Part shown: piece by piece, positions 1 to 9,216 of the stretch | Numbering within the stretch: position 1 is the first letter of the stretch | How the letters are laid out: every line of letters begins with the position of its first letter | Source: Pseudobacteriovorax sp. | Lineage (GTDB): Bacteria; Bdellovibrionota_B; Oligoflexia; Oligoflexales; Oligoflexaceae | Direction of reading: 5' to 3' | NCBI GenBank assembly: GCA_050293845.1 | Contig: JBNKNM010000058.1 | Span: forward strand, 1 to 27,705 | DNA length: 27,705 bases | Position numbers and translations under genes: made by a program | Notes under the pieces: generated by a model | Told to the model about the DNA's origin: nothing | What the model saw: the letters and a program-made list of their open reading frames with translations, nothing else | The model's database searches: none

Positions 1-81
1 AGGTTTAAGGATGGGGTAAAAGAGGCTGTCAGCGATGCCGACTCTCTTACCTCAAACACCAAATTCTGATATTTCTCCTTT

Positions 82-672
82 GTGGCTGATGTTATCAGCT
101 TAAATGCGATAGATAAGTTAGTTGAATTTGTAAAAAGCAAGTATAAAAAAGTTGATATCCTTTTTGTAAACGCTGGAGTATTTCAACCTGCACCTATAGG
201 GCAAATTAGTGAAGAGGTGTTCGATAATCAAATAGGGATTAACTTCAAGGGAGCATTGTTTACTGTGGAGAAATTTCTACCTATATTGAGCGAAGGAGCA
301 TCGGTTATCAATTTATCGTCTATAAATGCTTATACAGGAATGCCAAATACGGCAGTGTATGCAGCTTCAAAGGCAGCTCTAAATTCATTTACCAGAACTG
401 CTGCCACAGAACTTGCTCCAAGAAAGATTAGAGTCAACGCCATTAACCCTGGTCCCATTGAGACTCCCATCTTTGAAAAAACAGGTATGACAGCAGATCA
501 ATTAAAGGGACTTGCTCAGGCCATACAAAATAGAATTCCTTTAAAACGCTATGGAAAGCCTGAAGATGTTGCTAATCTTGTTTCATTTTTAGCGAGCGAA
601 GAGGCCAGTTTTATAACTGGATCTGAGTACAATGTCGATGGGGGAGCCAATATAAATCCCGTATTATCTTAG
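82..672 (+). pseudogene. Short-chain dehydrogenase/reductase (SDR), N-terminally truncated
   Basis: NAG motif (VNAG), catalytic YAASK, PGxIxT, ITG..YNVDGG C-terminus. The TGxxxGIG Rossmann motif is missing, there is an in-frame TGA at 67-69, and the other frames of 1-81 do not encode it. Confidence 0.75.
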
Positions 673-926
673 TCTAAAACGCTAGAAAAATAGTGAGTCC
701 TTATGCGATAGAGCTAGGTGCATTTATATATCGGTGTAGGTTGTCTAGAGATAGCTGACTTAAGATCTGTATGCCGCTAAAGTCTTTATGTTTTTACCGG
801 TTTTAGGCAATTAGTGCTAAATTTCAGATTTGATGAGAAAATTTTAGATAAAATGAGAAGCGACGATAAGATTAGAAGCACTCTCATAAGCGACGAACTC
901 TATCTAATTGCCCATAAGGAATATTC

Positions 927-1334
927 ATGGTCAAGCTTTTTGTCACCTTACTTCTAGTCGGAAATATTTCTTCATGTCGTGTCGCCTATGAGGAAAAGAA
1001 CCCTTATGTCTACGAATCTGCGGATTTCAATTTTTTTAAGGCTTACTTGAATGATAATGAGACTAAACAAGAAACCGCCTATACCCTTGTCAACCATTCA
1101 TATCCCATAGAAGTAACTTTAAGAGACGATGGCTCATTTTACTACTATTTGGATAACCTGGGGGATGGCTATGGCACCTGGAAGCATGAAGATAATCATC
1201 TAAGCCTTTATGCTGAGAGAGATATGTTCATTATGAAGTTATCTATTCACCGGGCCGAAGGGGTTTCTATGCCAGTCATTGAGTTTCGTGACAGATTTGG
1301 GCCCAATTTTCTTGAACTCGAAGAAAAGCTCTAG
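927..1334 (+). CDS. Hypothetical lipoprotein
   Basis: TAAGGA RBS upstream; signal peptide with lipobox-like ISSC; beta-rich, aromatic-rich mature part. Confidence 0.75.
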   Translation: MVKLFVTLLLVGNISSCRVAYEEKNPYVYESADFNFFKAYLNDNETKQETAYTLVNHSYPIEVTLRDDGSFYYYLDNLGDGYGTWKHEDNHLSLYAERDMFIMKLSIHRAEGVSMPVIEFRDRFGPNFLELEEKL

Positions 1335-1425
1335 AACTACAAGTACAAAATGTTCGTGGTAAAATAATACTTACCGCTTACCCTGAACATCGATATTATC
1401 GGCTTTGATAGCGGATGACAGCCTT

Positions 1426-1448
1426 AAAAAGGGACCTAGCCGGTCCCT
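1426..1448 (-). terminator. Intrinsic terminator of the act operon
   Basis: 7-bp stem AGGGACC (1430-1436)/GGTCCCT (1442-1448), 5-nt loop, T-run on the minus strand, 8 nt after the actF stop. Confidence 0.8.
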
Positions 1449-1456
1449 CTTAATTC

Positions 1457-2704
1457 TTAATGATCACCTTCCAAGGCATTCGCTAACAAAGGATCGGCAA
1501 TGGGTAGCATCGGAAACTTTTTTGCAAACCACATAAAACAAGTGGCAAACAGCCCCATCATACCGAGAAATACACCTAACTCTATCAGTGGAAATCCAAG
1601 TTCGCCCTCGACCAAAGTTGGCATCACAATAAGCATATAGCTCATCCACTGGGCTACAAGAATCAAGACCGCTAAGGGAATTGTGACCCAAGCTGTCCAT
1701 TTAGCAGCTTTGAAAACCAGAGTATATAGAGGAACCACAAAGCCTAAGATAGGCACTGCAATGACAAGGTAGATCCAAGGTTCATGCAGTCTTTCTAGAA
1801 AGTACTCTGTTTCCTCGGGAACGTTACCATACCAGTAGGTCAGTACATGCGCATAGGTTAGATAAGCGAAAAAAATGGTGAAACCATGCATCAACTTACC
1901 AACATCATGGAACTGCTGACGCTGAATGTACTTGCCTACGGTTGAGTTCTTAAGCGCAAACATCACCAACAGCAGAGACGCCATCAAAGTTTGCATCATA
2001 ATCGCGAATTGCCATCCTCCCCAAAGTGTTGAGAACCAAAGGGGAGAAAGTGACATAATCAAATCCATACAAAGAAAAGTAAAACCAACCCCGTAAATAA
2101 TAAGAATTGGTGCACTCCAAAACTTTACTTTTACCTTAGCTTCTTTAGCAAAAGCGTGAGCCTGCTCATCTTGACCGTCGATCATCAACTGGTCGCGCTT
2201 TAAGCTCATCTTAAACTGCCATGTGGATACCCAAAGAAATAACAAAAGTATTATACTCACACGGATATACATCCAGTGAGGTTGTAAATAGGCATCCTTA
2301 CCATGGAAGTGCTTTAGAATTGACGGATCTTTGATCCAGCTATATACCGCCCCAGCATCGCCGAAATCTACAGCCACAAATATAATAAAGAGGAAAAATA
2401 ATCCAATAGCTACCGGAACAAAAACTCCAAACCCTTCCTGGATTCTCCGAATAGGTCGTGCCCAATGCGCCCCGATCACGTCCTGCATTGCAGAAAAAGC
2501 CATACCTCCCAAGCCTAAACAAAAGAAGAAAAAAAGGTTAAATAAGAAGGCTCCCCAAACTCGGGTACCCATACCTTCTTGGGAAAGTCCGAACCCGAGG
2601 CTAGCAACACCGATAACAATGAAAGCAAGAGCGCTCATTTTTAACGGCGCGGGGGCATCTATAAAGAATGATTTTCGTTGCTCATAAACGTCTTTAATGT
2701 TCAT
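1457..2704 (-). CDS. actF: Alternative complex III membrane subunit ActF
   Basis: About 10 TM helices; DLIMSLSPLWFSTLWG, HDVGKLMHGF and YWYGNVPEET motifs; last gene of the act cluster. Confidence 0.9.
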   Translation of the reverse strand: MNIKDVYEQRKSFFIDAPAPLKMSALAFIVIGVASLGFGLSQEGMGTRVWGAFLFNLFFFFCLGLGGMAFSAMQDVIGAHWARPIRRIQEGFGVFVPVAIGLFFLFIIFVAVDFGDAGAVYSWIKDPSILKHFHGKDAYLQPHWMYIRVSIILLLFLWVSTWQFKMSLKRDQLMIDGQDEQAHAFAKEAKVKVKFWSAPILIIYGVGFTFLCMDLIMSLSPLWFSTLWGGWQFAIMMQTLMASLLLVMFALKNSTVGKYIQRQQFHDVGKLMHGFTIFFAYLTYAHVLTYWYGNVPEETEYFLERLHEPWIYLVIAVPILGFVVPLYTLVFKAAKWTAWVTIPLAVLILVAQWMSYMLIVMPTLVEGELGFPLIELGVFLGMMGLFATCFMWFAKKFPMLPIADPLLANALEGDH

Positions 2705-2713
2705 AGATTACCC

Positions 2714-3244
2714 CTATTTCTGTAACGTACGCAGATGGGCGATGATCTTCCATCGCTCTTCTACTGATATCGCATGGCCATAGGAAGGCATCATCGCCCC
2801 ACCTTGACTAATCTTCATAAAGAAAAATCCATCTTTTCGTGTTGCAAGATCCGATCTGGAAATATCAGGAACCGCAATCGGGTAAGCACTACCAAGAGTT
2901 CCTTTACCCTTCCCATTGAGTCCGTGACAAACAGCACAGAAGGTACCAAAAAGTTCTTTTCCTTCTGTCAAAACCATGCCAATATTTTTGGAGCTGGGTG
3001 GAAAAGGGCTGCGAAAGTCCCGCTCTGCAATCTCCATGGTTGCCGGATACAAAACGGCATTCACTGGAACCGCGTGCTCAGGGGGATCTATATAGCTTTC
3101 CTGCGCCTTAACTGTAGGTGCATCTGCCATATCTGGCATATATTGAAGCTTGGTGGTATTGCGCCCCTGTGGATTACAGGCTACAAAGAACAGCACACTA
3201 CCAACCAAACATACGCTTTGAATCAATTTACCTTTCATGGACAA
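2714..3244 (-). CDS. actE: ACIII monoheme cytochrome c lipoprotein ActE
   Basis: Lipobox FFVAC, YMPDM motif, single CAVCH, distal Met in GGAMMPSY; operon position. Confidence 0.9.
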   Translation of the reverse strand: MSMKGKLIQSVCLVGSVLFFVACNPQGRNTTKLQYMPDMADAPTVKAQESYIDPPEHAVPVNAVLYPATMEIAERDFRSPFPPSSKNIGMVLTEGKELFGTFCAVCHGLNGKGKGTLGSAYPIAVPDISRSDLATRKDGFFFMKISQGGAMMPSYGHAISVEERWKIIAHLRTLQK

Positions 3245-3251
3245 AAACCCC

Positions 3252-3773
3252 TTATTTTGCTTCTATTTCTCGGATTTCTTCCGCGCCACAGACCTTCAAC
3301 AATTTAGCCTGTTCACCATCAACGGTGGCATTAGGAACAAAAATCCCAAAGCGATCACTTGTAAATCGAACATCCAATACCCGTTGTTTGGGATTGGGAA
3401 TGCGCCCCATCACCAGCATCCCGATGATAGTTGCGATACCGCCTAATAGAATGGTCAGTTCAAATCCTATGACCACATAGGCTGGAATCGAGTAGATTCC
3501 AGCGGTTTTACCACCGACAACTAAAGGCCAATCAAAATCTGTGTAAAGGCATAGCCCAAAACCAAGTATGGTTCCTGTCATAGCACCACAAAGTGTAAAC
3601 CACTTTACAGCACTTGAGCCAAAGCCACCAGCATGCTCAATCTCATGGTAAGAGGTTGGGCTAAAAACTTCATGACCACCAAAATCACCACGGCTACGAG
3701 CTTTCTCCATAGCATCAGTCAGACAGTCTAGATATTGAAAAACGGCAAGAATTCCACCGGGTCTCTTTTTCAT
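3252..3773 (-). CDS. actD: ACIII subunit ActD (DUF3341)
   Basis: Two TM helices, DWPLVVGGK and FELTIL motifs; GAGGAG RBS at the end of actC. Confidence 0.9.
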   Translation of the reverse strand: MKKRPGGILAVFQYLDCLTDAMEKARSRGDFGGHEVFSPTSYHEIEHAGGFGSSAVKWFTLCGAMTGTILGFGLCLYTDFDWPLVVGGKTAGIYSIPAYVVIGFELTILLGGIATIIGMLVMGRIPNPKQRVLDVRFTSDRFGIFVPNATVDGEQAKLLKVCGAEEIREIEAK

Positions 3774-3785
3774 TTGAAGGCTCCT

Positions 3786-5126
3786 CTAAGAGTTTTTCTT
3801 TGGGCTTAAAGGTTTAGGCATAATGAGCTTCAACTCAGACATAGACACGATTGGGAAAAATTTACAGAAAATTAAAAACCAAAAAAAGAACCAACCGAAG
3901 CTGCCAAATGTCAATCCAATTTCAATGAGAGAAGGTTCGTAATGGCCCCAGGAACCAGGTATAAAGTCTTCCACCAAAGAAGATACAATAATGTTGTAAC
4001 GCTCAAACCACATCCCCACATTGATCAGTACTGCCACAACCATCGACACGGCCACATTATTGCGAATTCTCTTTGACCACCAAACCATCGGGAAAATACA
4101 GTTACAAAACACCATGACCCAAAAATAAAATGCGTAGGGGCCAGTAGCTCGCTTTTCAAAAACAGCCCATTCATAAGGATTTCCAGAATACCATGCCACA
4201 AAGTACTCGACAGCATAGGAATAAAATACTAAGGTTGATGTCAAGAGAGTCAGTTTAACACAGGCTTCAAGGTGCTCCTCTTTGATAAATCCTTCAAAGC
4301 GGAACATCTTGCGAATAGGTACGAGCAAGGTATAAACCATAGCGCACCCAGAAAGAATCGCTCCAGCCACAAAGTAAGGGGGAAAGATGGTTGTGTGCCA
4401 ACCCGGCTGTATGGACATAGCAAAGTCCCAAGATACAATACTGTGGACTGAAAGAACCAAAGGTGTTGCTAAGGCCGCTAGGAATCCATAGCCAGCTTCA
4501 TAATGGTGCCATTGCTTTGCGGTACCCCGCCAACCAAAGGACATGATGCCGTAAACTAGGCGCTTAACTCCTTTGACCCGATCTCGAATAGAAGCAAGGT
4601 CAGGCACAAGGCCCATATACCAAAACAGCAGTGAAATTGTGAGGTAGGTTGAAATTGCAAATACATCCCAAACAAGGGGAGAACGAAAATTCACCCAAAG
4701 GTTATTGGTATTCGGTAGCGGTGGCATCCAATAGGCTGCAAACCAAAGGCGCCCCACATGAATGAGAGGGAACAAGCCTGCCGTAATAACAGCAAATACT
4801 GTCATGGCTTCTGCCCCCCTTGCAACCGTATTACGCCACTTTGCACGAAATAGGAACAAAATTGCAGAAATCAAAGTCCCTGCATGGCCGATACCAACCC
4901 AAAATACAAAGTCAGTAATATAAACACCCCAATACACAGGGCTGTTTAATCCTGCAGCCCCCATACCATAAGTAATCTGGTAAGCCCAACTCGCAATACC
5001 AATACCAACAAATATGATAGATATCAGCCATGCAAAGTAATAGCTGGGATGTGGCTTCTCTAGATTAGCCAAAATCCCATCATTCACATCCGAGATTGTT
5101 TTAGTCCATTTAACTTCATCACTCAT
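3786..5126 (-). CDS. actC: ACIII quinol-binding NrfD/PsrC-family subunit ActC
   Basis: FVFWVGIGHAGTLISAIL, FPLIHVGR, SPLVWDVFAISTY, LSVHSIVSWDFA, GWHTTIFPPYFVAGAI, GMWFER motifs. Confidence 0.95.
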   Translation of the reverse strand: MSDEVKWTKTISDVNDGILANLEKPHPSYYFAWLISIIFVGIGIASWAYQITYGMGAAGLNSPVYWGVYITDFVFWVGIGHAGTLISAILFLFRAKWRNTVARGAEAMTVFAVITAGLFPLIHVGRLWFAAYWMPPLPNTNNLWVNFRSPLVWDVFAISTYLTISLLFWYMGLVPDLASIRDRVKGVKRLVYGIMSFGWRGTAKQWHHYEAGYGFLAALATPLVLSVHSIVSWDFAMSIQPGWHTTIFPPYFVAGAILSGCAMVYTLLVPIRKMFRFEGFIKEEHLEACVKLTLLTSTLVFYSYAVEYFVAWYSGNPYEWAVFEKRATGPYAFYFWVMVFCNCIFPMVWWSKRIRNNVAVSMVVAVLINVGMWFERYNIIVSSLVEDFIPGSWGHYEPSLIEIGLTFGSFGWFFFWFLIFCKFFPIVSMSELKLIMPKPLSPKKNS

Positions 5127-5206
5127 TAAGAATGCTCCGCAAGTTTTACTGAGCCGGGCTCCATCCCCAGCAACAAAACAAAGTTAGGGGTTGATTCCCA
5201 ACCCAA

Positions 5207-8200
5207 CTATTCACCGTGGTGTGCTGCTCCTTCGTCATTCAGAACAACTTTTGCCATGTAACTGGTATTCGGTAATGTTTTGATTCCGAAATGACCATGA
5301 TCAGGGTCTCCCCCCAGCATGAGATAAGATCTTGCATTACGACGTGCGCGAGCCACCCTTGAGTTGCTATCCTTTAGGTTACCAAATATAATAGCGTCAG
5401 TAGCACAGGCCGCTTCACATGCCGTTGTGATTTCACGATCCCTAACGATGCGATTTTCAGCTTTGGCATTATGCTTAGCTTCTCTAATACGCTGCACACA
5501 GTAGGTGCACTTTTCCATGATCCCGCGTGTTCTCACGGTAACATCAGGATTCAAAGCGCGAGGGTTACGATCGATAGGACGCTCACCCATCACATTCCAC
5601 TTGTGCGTAAACCAATTAAAACGCCTTACTTTATAAGGACAAGCATTGGCACAATAACGTGTTCCCACACAGCGATTGTAAGTTTGAACGTTCATGCCTT
5701 CATCATCGTGAGTGGTGGCAAAAACGGGACAAACCCCTTCACAGGGAGCATGATTACAGTGCTGACATGCCACAGGCTGGAAGGAAACTGTGGGATTGTC
5801 CACACGGCCGCTAAAATAGCGATCAATCCGCATCCAGTGCATCTCACGACCCATCAGAATTTGCTCACGTCCCACCTGAGGAACATTATTTTCTAAGTCA
5901 CAGGCCACCGTACAAGCACCACACCCACTGCACTTATCTAGGTCGATGGACATCCCCCAGCGATAATCGGGATGCTCTGCAAGATCGGTGTAAAGGTTTG
6001 GAACATCGTCTAAGTCTCTCTCTTTACGAGATTCATCGCTTTTACTGGCCTGAGCTAGAGAAACTTCTTTTATGATGTCGCTTCTGTTCGCGATATCGTT
6101 ATGTTTTTGCTGAGCAGCAAGGCGATATCTCCGACCGGTCGCGACAATCTCCACAACCTGCCCCGATGTCACCGGTTCACCGGTAATGGTATCGTACTCC
6201 GCAGATAGAGCTATCAAAGGATCGACACCTATACCAGTAGTTGCACGGCTGATACCTGCTTCGTGGCCATTACCACGAGGTACGGCTATTGTATCAGGAT
6301 GCAGACCTGGCAAGGGGAAAACTGCCGCTTCAAAGCTACCACCAGCGCCTTTCACCTTCACAACATCATTATATTTTAATCCAAGACTCTTAACTTTTTC
6401 AGGGCTCATAGCCACCCAGGTATCCCAAGCAATGGTAGTCATGCCATCACCAGCTTCTTGGAGAACTGGCCGATCAGCTCCAACGCCATCGAGCAACCGT
6501 GGGTCTAAGTAAGCTACAAGTTTCATCCCCTTTTGGGAGGACACTGGATTAAATTGAGCCGCAACATCAGCCAGTACAGGAGTGGATGAGCGCTTGCTGA
6601 TACGACTCAACCAGCCTTTGCGCTGATAGGCCTTAAAAAATGTTTCAAAGTTTAGTTTCACCTGGGAATCACTATGGAATACTTTCCACTTTTCCATCAC
6701 ATAAGCACGGTAATCTTTAAAGCCCATGGGCTTTTTCAGATATGCTGCTGTCCAGAGTAGAATATCTTCCGCCTGCCTTGAGTTTGTGAAAGGTCTGATG
6801 GTGGGTTGTACCAAAGACATCATACCAGCCACAATTTCTTCATCACCCCAAGACTCGAGGATATTATGCCCGTTAAGTATAAACTCTGCGTACTTATCAG
6901 TTTCACATGGCATCGATTGAATGGAGACAACTGTACTGATATTAGTTAATTTCTCCTTGATTCCCGTGGCAGCCGGTAAGGTAAAAGCCGGGTTCACATT
7001 AACAACAAAAAGAACATCTAGAGAATCGGCATCTTTTAGAAAACGAGCTAGATCATTCTCACCTGTGGTCGCTTTCATCCAGCCACGCACAAGGTTCAAT
7101 GTTTTATTCTCAAAGGCACCTGCTAAAATATTAGCCATTATAGCTGCAAGCTGCAGTAGCGTACCATTTGCAGAGTTTGCCGATGACTCGCCTACCATAA
7201 TCAGCGTTTTTCTGGTTAAGGCATCTTTTGCTAAGTCCTGGAACAGCTTGTCGCTCAACCCTAAACGAGCTTTGGCTTCTGCCATCAGGCTTTGGTTAGA
7301 TTTAAGGATAGAGCGAATAATGGCTTTTTCAGCATCAAGCCCTTTGGCTGCAGGATTAGCAATGAGGGCTTCTGTAAGGAGTAGGGCTATGGCCAGTTCA
7401 TCACCTGGAGCAATCACATGTCTTTCCGAAGTCATACTACCCGTTTGGGTTGTTCTTGACTCAAATTGGACCATGCGACCTTTGCGTCCAAATTTATAGC
7501 TCATGTTACTGGCAAAGGCTTTACTCTCATAAATGTGAACAGCGCCGACATCGAGAAAGTCATTACCTATACCAATAAGTAATTCTGTCAGACGTAGGTT
7601 CGTCCTAGCAAAGCCATCAACCCCAAAAGCAAGGCGGTAGGCTGCTGCTAATGAGGTCCGCAGATTGTTGGAGTCGTACAGATAGAGATTATCCTCGGAC
7701 TGACCCATATTCTTTAGGAAGTCACGATAAAAATCACGGCCATGACCTGTTGTGTATTTAGCTAAAATACCGACCTTTTTCGCGGTTTTAAGCTTCCCCG
7801 CTAGCCTTTCATAAACTTCATCCCATTTCGCATCACTCTCCCGATTAACACCATAGCGAATCTTTGGAGCTTTCCGGCGATCTGGATGATATAAAGCTTG
7901 CAGCTCAGATAGGGCCAATGAAGATATTGATCCTTGGCTTAAAGCGTGACTCTTATTTCCCTCAATGAAAACAGGTCGCCCTTCACGGGTTTTCACAAGA
8001 GCACCAGCATTATCAATGGTTGTCGCATAATAGGTAGGGACACCCATGATTTGGTCATTGGGCTGATCGACGTAGGGAACCGCCTTTTCTACGGGTCTTC
8101 TTACACATGCAGAGGCGGATGCTAACATCGTACCAGCACTAAATAGCCTCATAAAGTCACGCCTATCGACGGAAAGCTTTGGCTTACTACTGACTGAGTC

Positions 8201-8362
8201 CTCTCCTTGATCTTCCCCTAATTCCGGCATTACCTCTTCTATATTGGCATAGTAAGGCCCTGGTACAAACTCCTTTGCGGGGGCCTCAAACGGCTGATCA
8301 CTATCGAGAAAAGCTTCCCTTTCGCTTTCCAAGTAGCGGAGGTCACGATCGTTACTCCTCAT
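5207..8362 (-). CDS. actB: ACIII subunit ActB (Tat-exported molybdopterin-oxidoreductase-like domain fused to a polyferredoxin)
   Basis: Long acidic N-region, Tat motif DRRDFM, lipidation Cys ASAC; GRPVFIEGN; Fe-S motifs CSGCGACTVAC, CQHCNHAPCEGVCP, CVGTRYCANACP, KCTYC...CEAAC. Confidence 0.95.
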   Translation of the reverse strand: MRSNDRDLRYLESEREAFLDSDQPFEAPAKEFVPGPYYANIEEVMPELGEDQGEDSVSSKPKLSVDRRDFMRLFSAGTMLASASACVRRPVEKAVPYVDQPNDQIMGVPTYYATTIDNAGALVKTREGRPVFIEGNKSHALSQGSISSLALSELQALYHPDRRKAPKIRYGVNRESDAKWDEVYERLAGKLKTAKKVGILAKYTTGHGRDFYRDFLKNMGQSEDNLYLYDSNNLRTSLAAAYRLAFGVDGFARTNLRLTELLIGIGNDFLDVGAVHIYESKAFASNMSYKFGRKGRMVQFESRTTQTGSMTSERHVIAPGDELAIALLLTEALIANPAAKGLDAEKAIIRSILKSNQSLMAEAKARLGLSDKLFQDLAKDALTRKTLIMVGESSANSANGTLLQLAAIMANILAGAFENKTLNLVRGWMKATTGENDLARFLKDADSLDVLFVVNVNPAFTLPAATGIKEKLTNISTVVSIQSMPCETDKYAEFILNGHNILESWGDEEIVAGMMSLVQPTIRPFTNSRQAEDILLWTAAYLKKPMGFKDYRAYVMEKWKVFHSDSQVKLNFETFFKAYQRKGWLSRISKRSSTPVLADVAAQFNPVSSQKGMKLVAYLDPRLLDGVGADRPVLQEAGDGMTTIAWDTWVAMSPEKVKSLGLKYNDVVKVKGAGGSFEAAVFPLPGLHPDTIAVPRGNGHEAGISRATTGIGVDPLIALSAEYDTITGEPVTSGQVVEIVATGRRYRLAAQQKHNDIANRSDIIKEVSLAQASKSDESRKERDLDDVPNLYTDLAEHPDYRWGMSIDLDKCSGCGACTVACDLENNVPQVGREQILMGREMHWMRIDRYFSGRVDNPTVSFQPVACQHCNHAPCEGVCPVFATTHDDEGMNVQTYNRCVGTRYCANACPYKVRRFNWFTHKWNVMGERPIDRNPRALNPDVTVRTRGIMEKCTYCVQRIREAKHNAKAENRIVRDREITTACEAACATDAIIFGNLKDSNSRVARARRNARSYLMLGGDPDHGHFGIKTLPNTSYMAKVVLNDEGAAHHGE

Positions 8363-8422
8363 ATCGATAAATACTCCCTTATATTCACACGGTGCTTTGG
8401 TGCTCCGTTTTTTGATTGATGG

Positions 8423-9025
8423 TTAATAGTGACAAGTTTCGCAGCTAGTTGCTGCTTCATTGCGAATATGACAATCTACACACCATCCCATCTGCATGGA
8501 CTTTTCTTGCTTGGCAGTCACATTCTTTTTCATGTCTCCATGGCATAGGAAACAAACCTGGCCATCATTAGCAGCCACTTCATCAGCATAGTTTTCCTTA
8601 AGCTTGTCACTTAAAATGTGGGGTTTATGGGTGAAGCGTACAAAGTCAGGCATGTCATGTACTTTAGTCCAAACGATAGGCTCTTTTTTATTATACTTCT
8701 CTGTCAAATACTTTATCATTGGCCTATCTGTCCGGGCAAAGCGATGGCAACCCATACAGGTGTTGAGAGACGGTATCCCAGCTGTAGGAGACCGCCTAGC
8801 GGATGAATGGCAGTATTGACAGGGAATCTGTCTATCCCCGGCATGAAGATTATGCGGGAACTCGATGGGCTGTTCGGGATGGTAACCAACATTATCTACC
8901 GTATCTCCTGGGGTCCATAAGCTGGTCCAGAGCTGATTACCACGACAACCTACCTGAAAAAACAAAAGTGCCAAAACGCTGAAAAGTTTCATTGAATGTG
9001 AAACAGGGGTGCTAAAACTAGCCAA
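8423..9025 (-). CDS. actA: ACIII pentaheme cytochrome c ActA
   Basis: Five CxxCH (CQYCH, CMGCH, CFLCH, CVDCH, CETCH); PEQPIEFPH and MGWC motifs; TTG start with AAAGGAGG RBS 6 nt upstream. Confidence 0.92.
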   Translation of the reverse strand: MASFSTPVSHSMKLFSVLALLFFQVGCRGNQLWTSLWTPGDTVDNVGYHPEQPIEFPHNLHAGDRQIPCQYCHSSARRSPTAGIPSLNTCMGCHRFARTDRPMIKYLTEKYNKKEPIVWTKVHDMPDFVRFTHKPHILSDKLKENYADEVAANDGQVCFLCHGDMKKNVTAKQEKSMQMGWCVDCHIRNEAATSCETCHY

Positions 9026-9202
9026 CGACAGCCTCCTTTAAAAGGGATATTTCATCTAGAACAATTCCTATACGCCGGCGAACGAAAGGATGGCGAATAC
9101 CTTAGTGGCCCCCTTGTTATCATAATTGGAAGAGGTCGCCAATCTTTTTATAGGTTCCTTGACGCTGACTAACTTGCTTCAAAACAGTTTAACAGGTCTT
9201 GA

Positions 9203-9216
9203 ATGACGCTAGTCAA
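9203..9216. promoter_or_regulatory. Candidate CRP/FNR-family-like operator between actA and uvrB
   Basis: ATGAC-GCTA-GTCAA matches the palindrome TTGAC-N4-GTCAA at 9/10 positions; related copies at 9159 and 9270. Confidence 0.35.

Noticed and set aside
666..766. attC-like inverted ends after the SDR (ATCTTAGTC/GACTTAAGAT)
   Set aside because: No RYYYAAC/GTTRRRY core sites, weak inner pairing, and no integrase in the window
1350..1390. Hairpin after the lipoprotein gene (GTGGTAA/TTACCGC within ATGTTC/GAACAT)
   Set aside because: No U-tract and modest stability; cannot be called a terminator
5207..8362. Catalytic molybdoenzyme (nitrate or polysulfide reductase)
   Set aside because: No N-terminal Fe-S Cys motif of catalytic subunits; context and fusion identify it as ActB
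1464..8819. Alternative ORFs overlapping act genes (e.g. 2331-2687, 2774-3307, 5471-5896, 6921-7499)
   Set aside because: Antisense or off-frame shadows of well-supported genes, with no motifs
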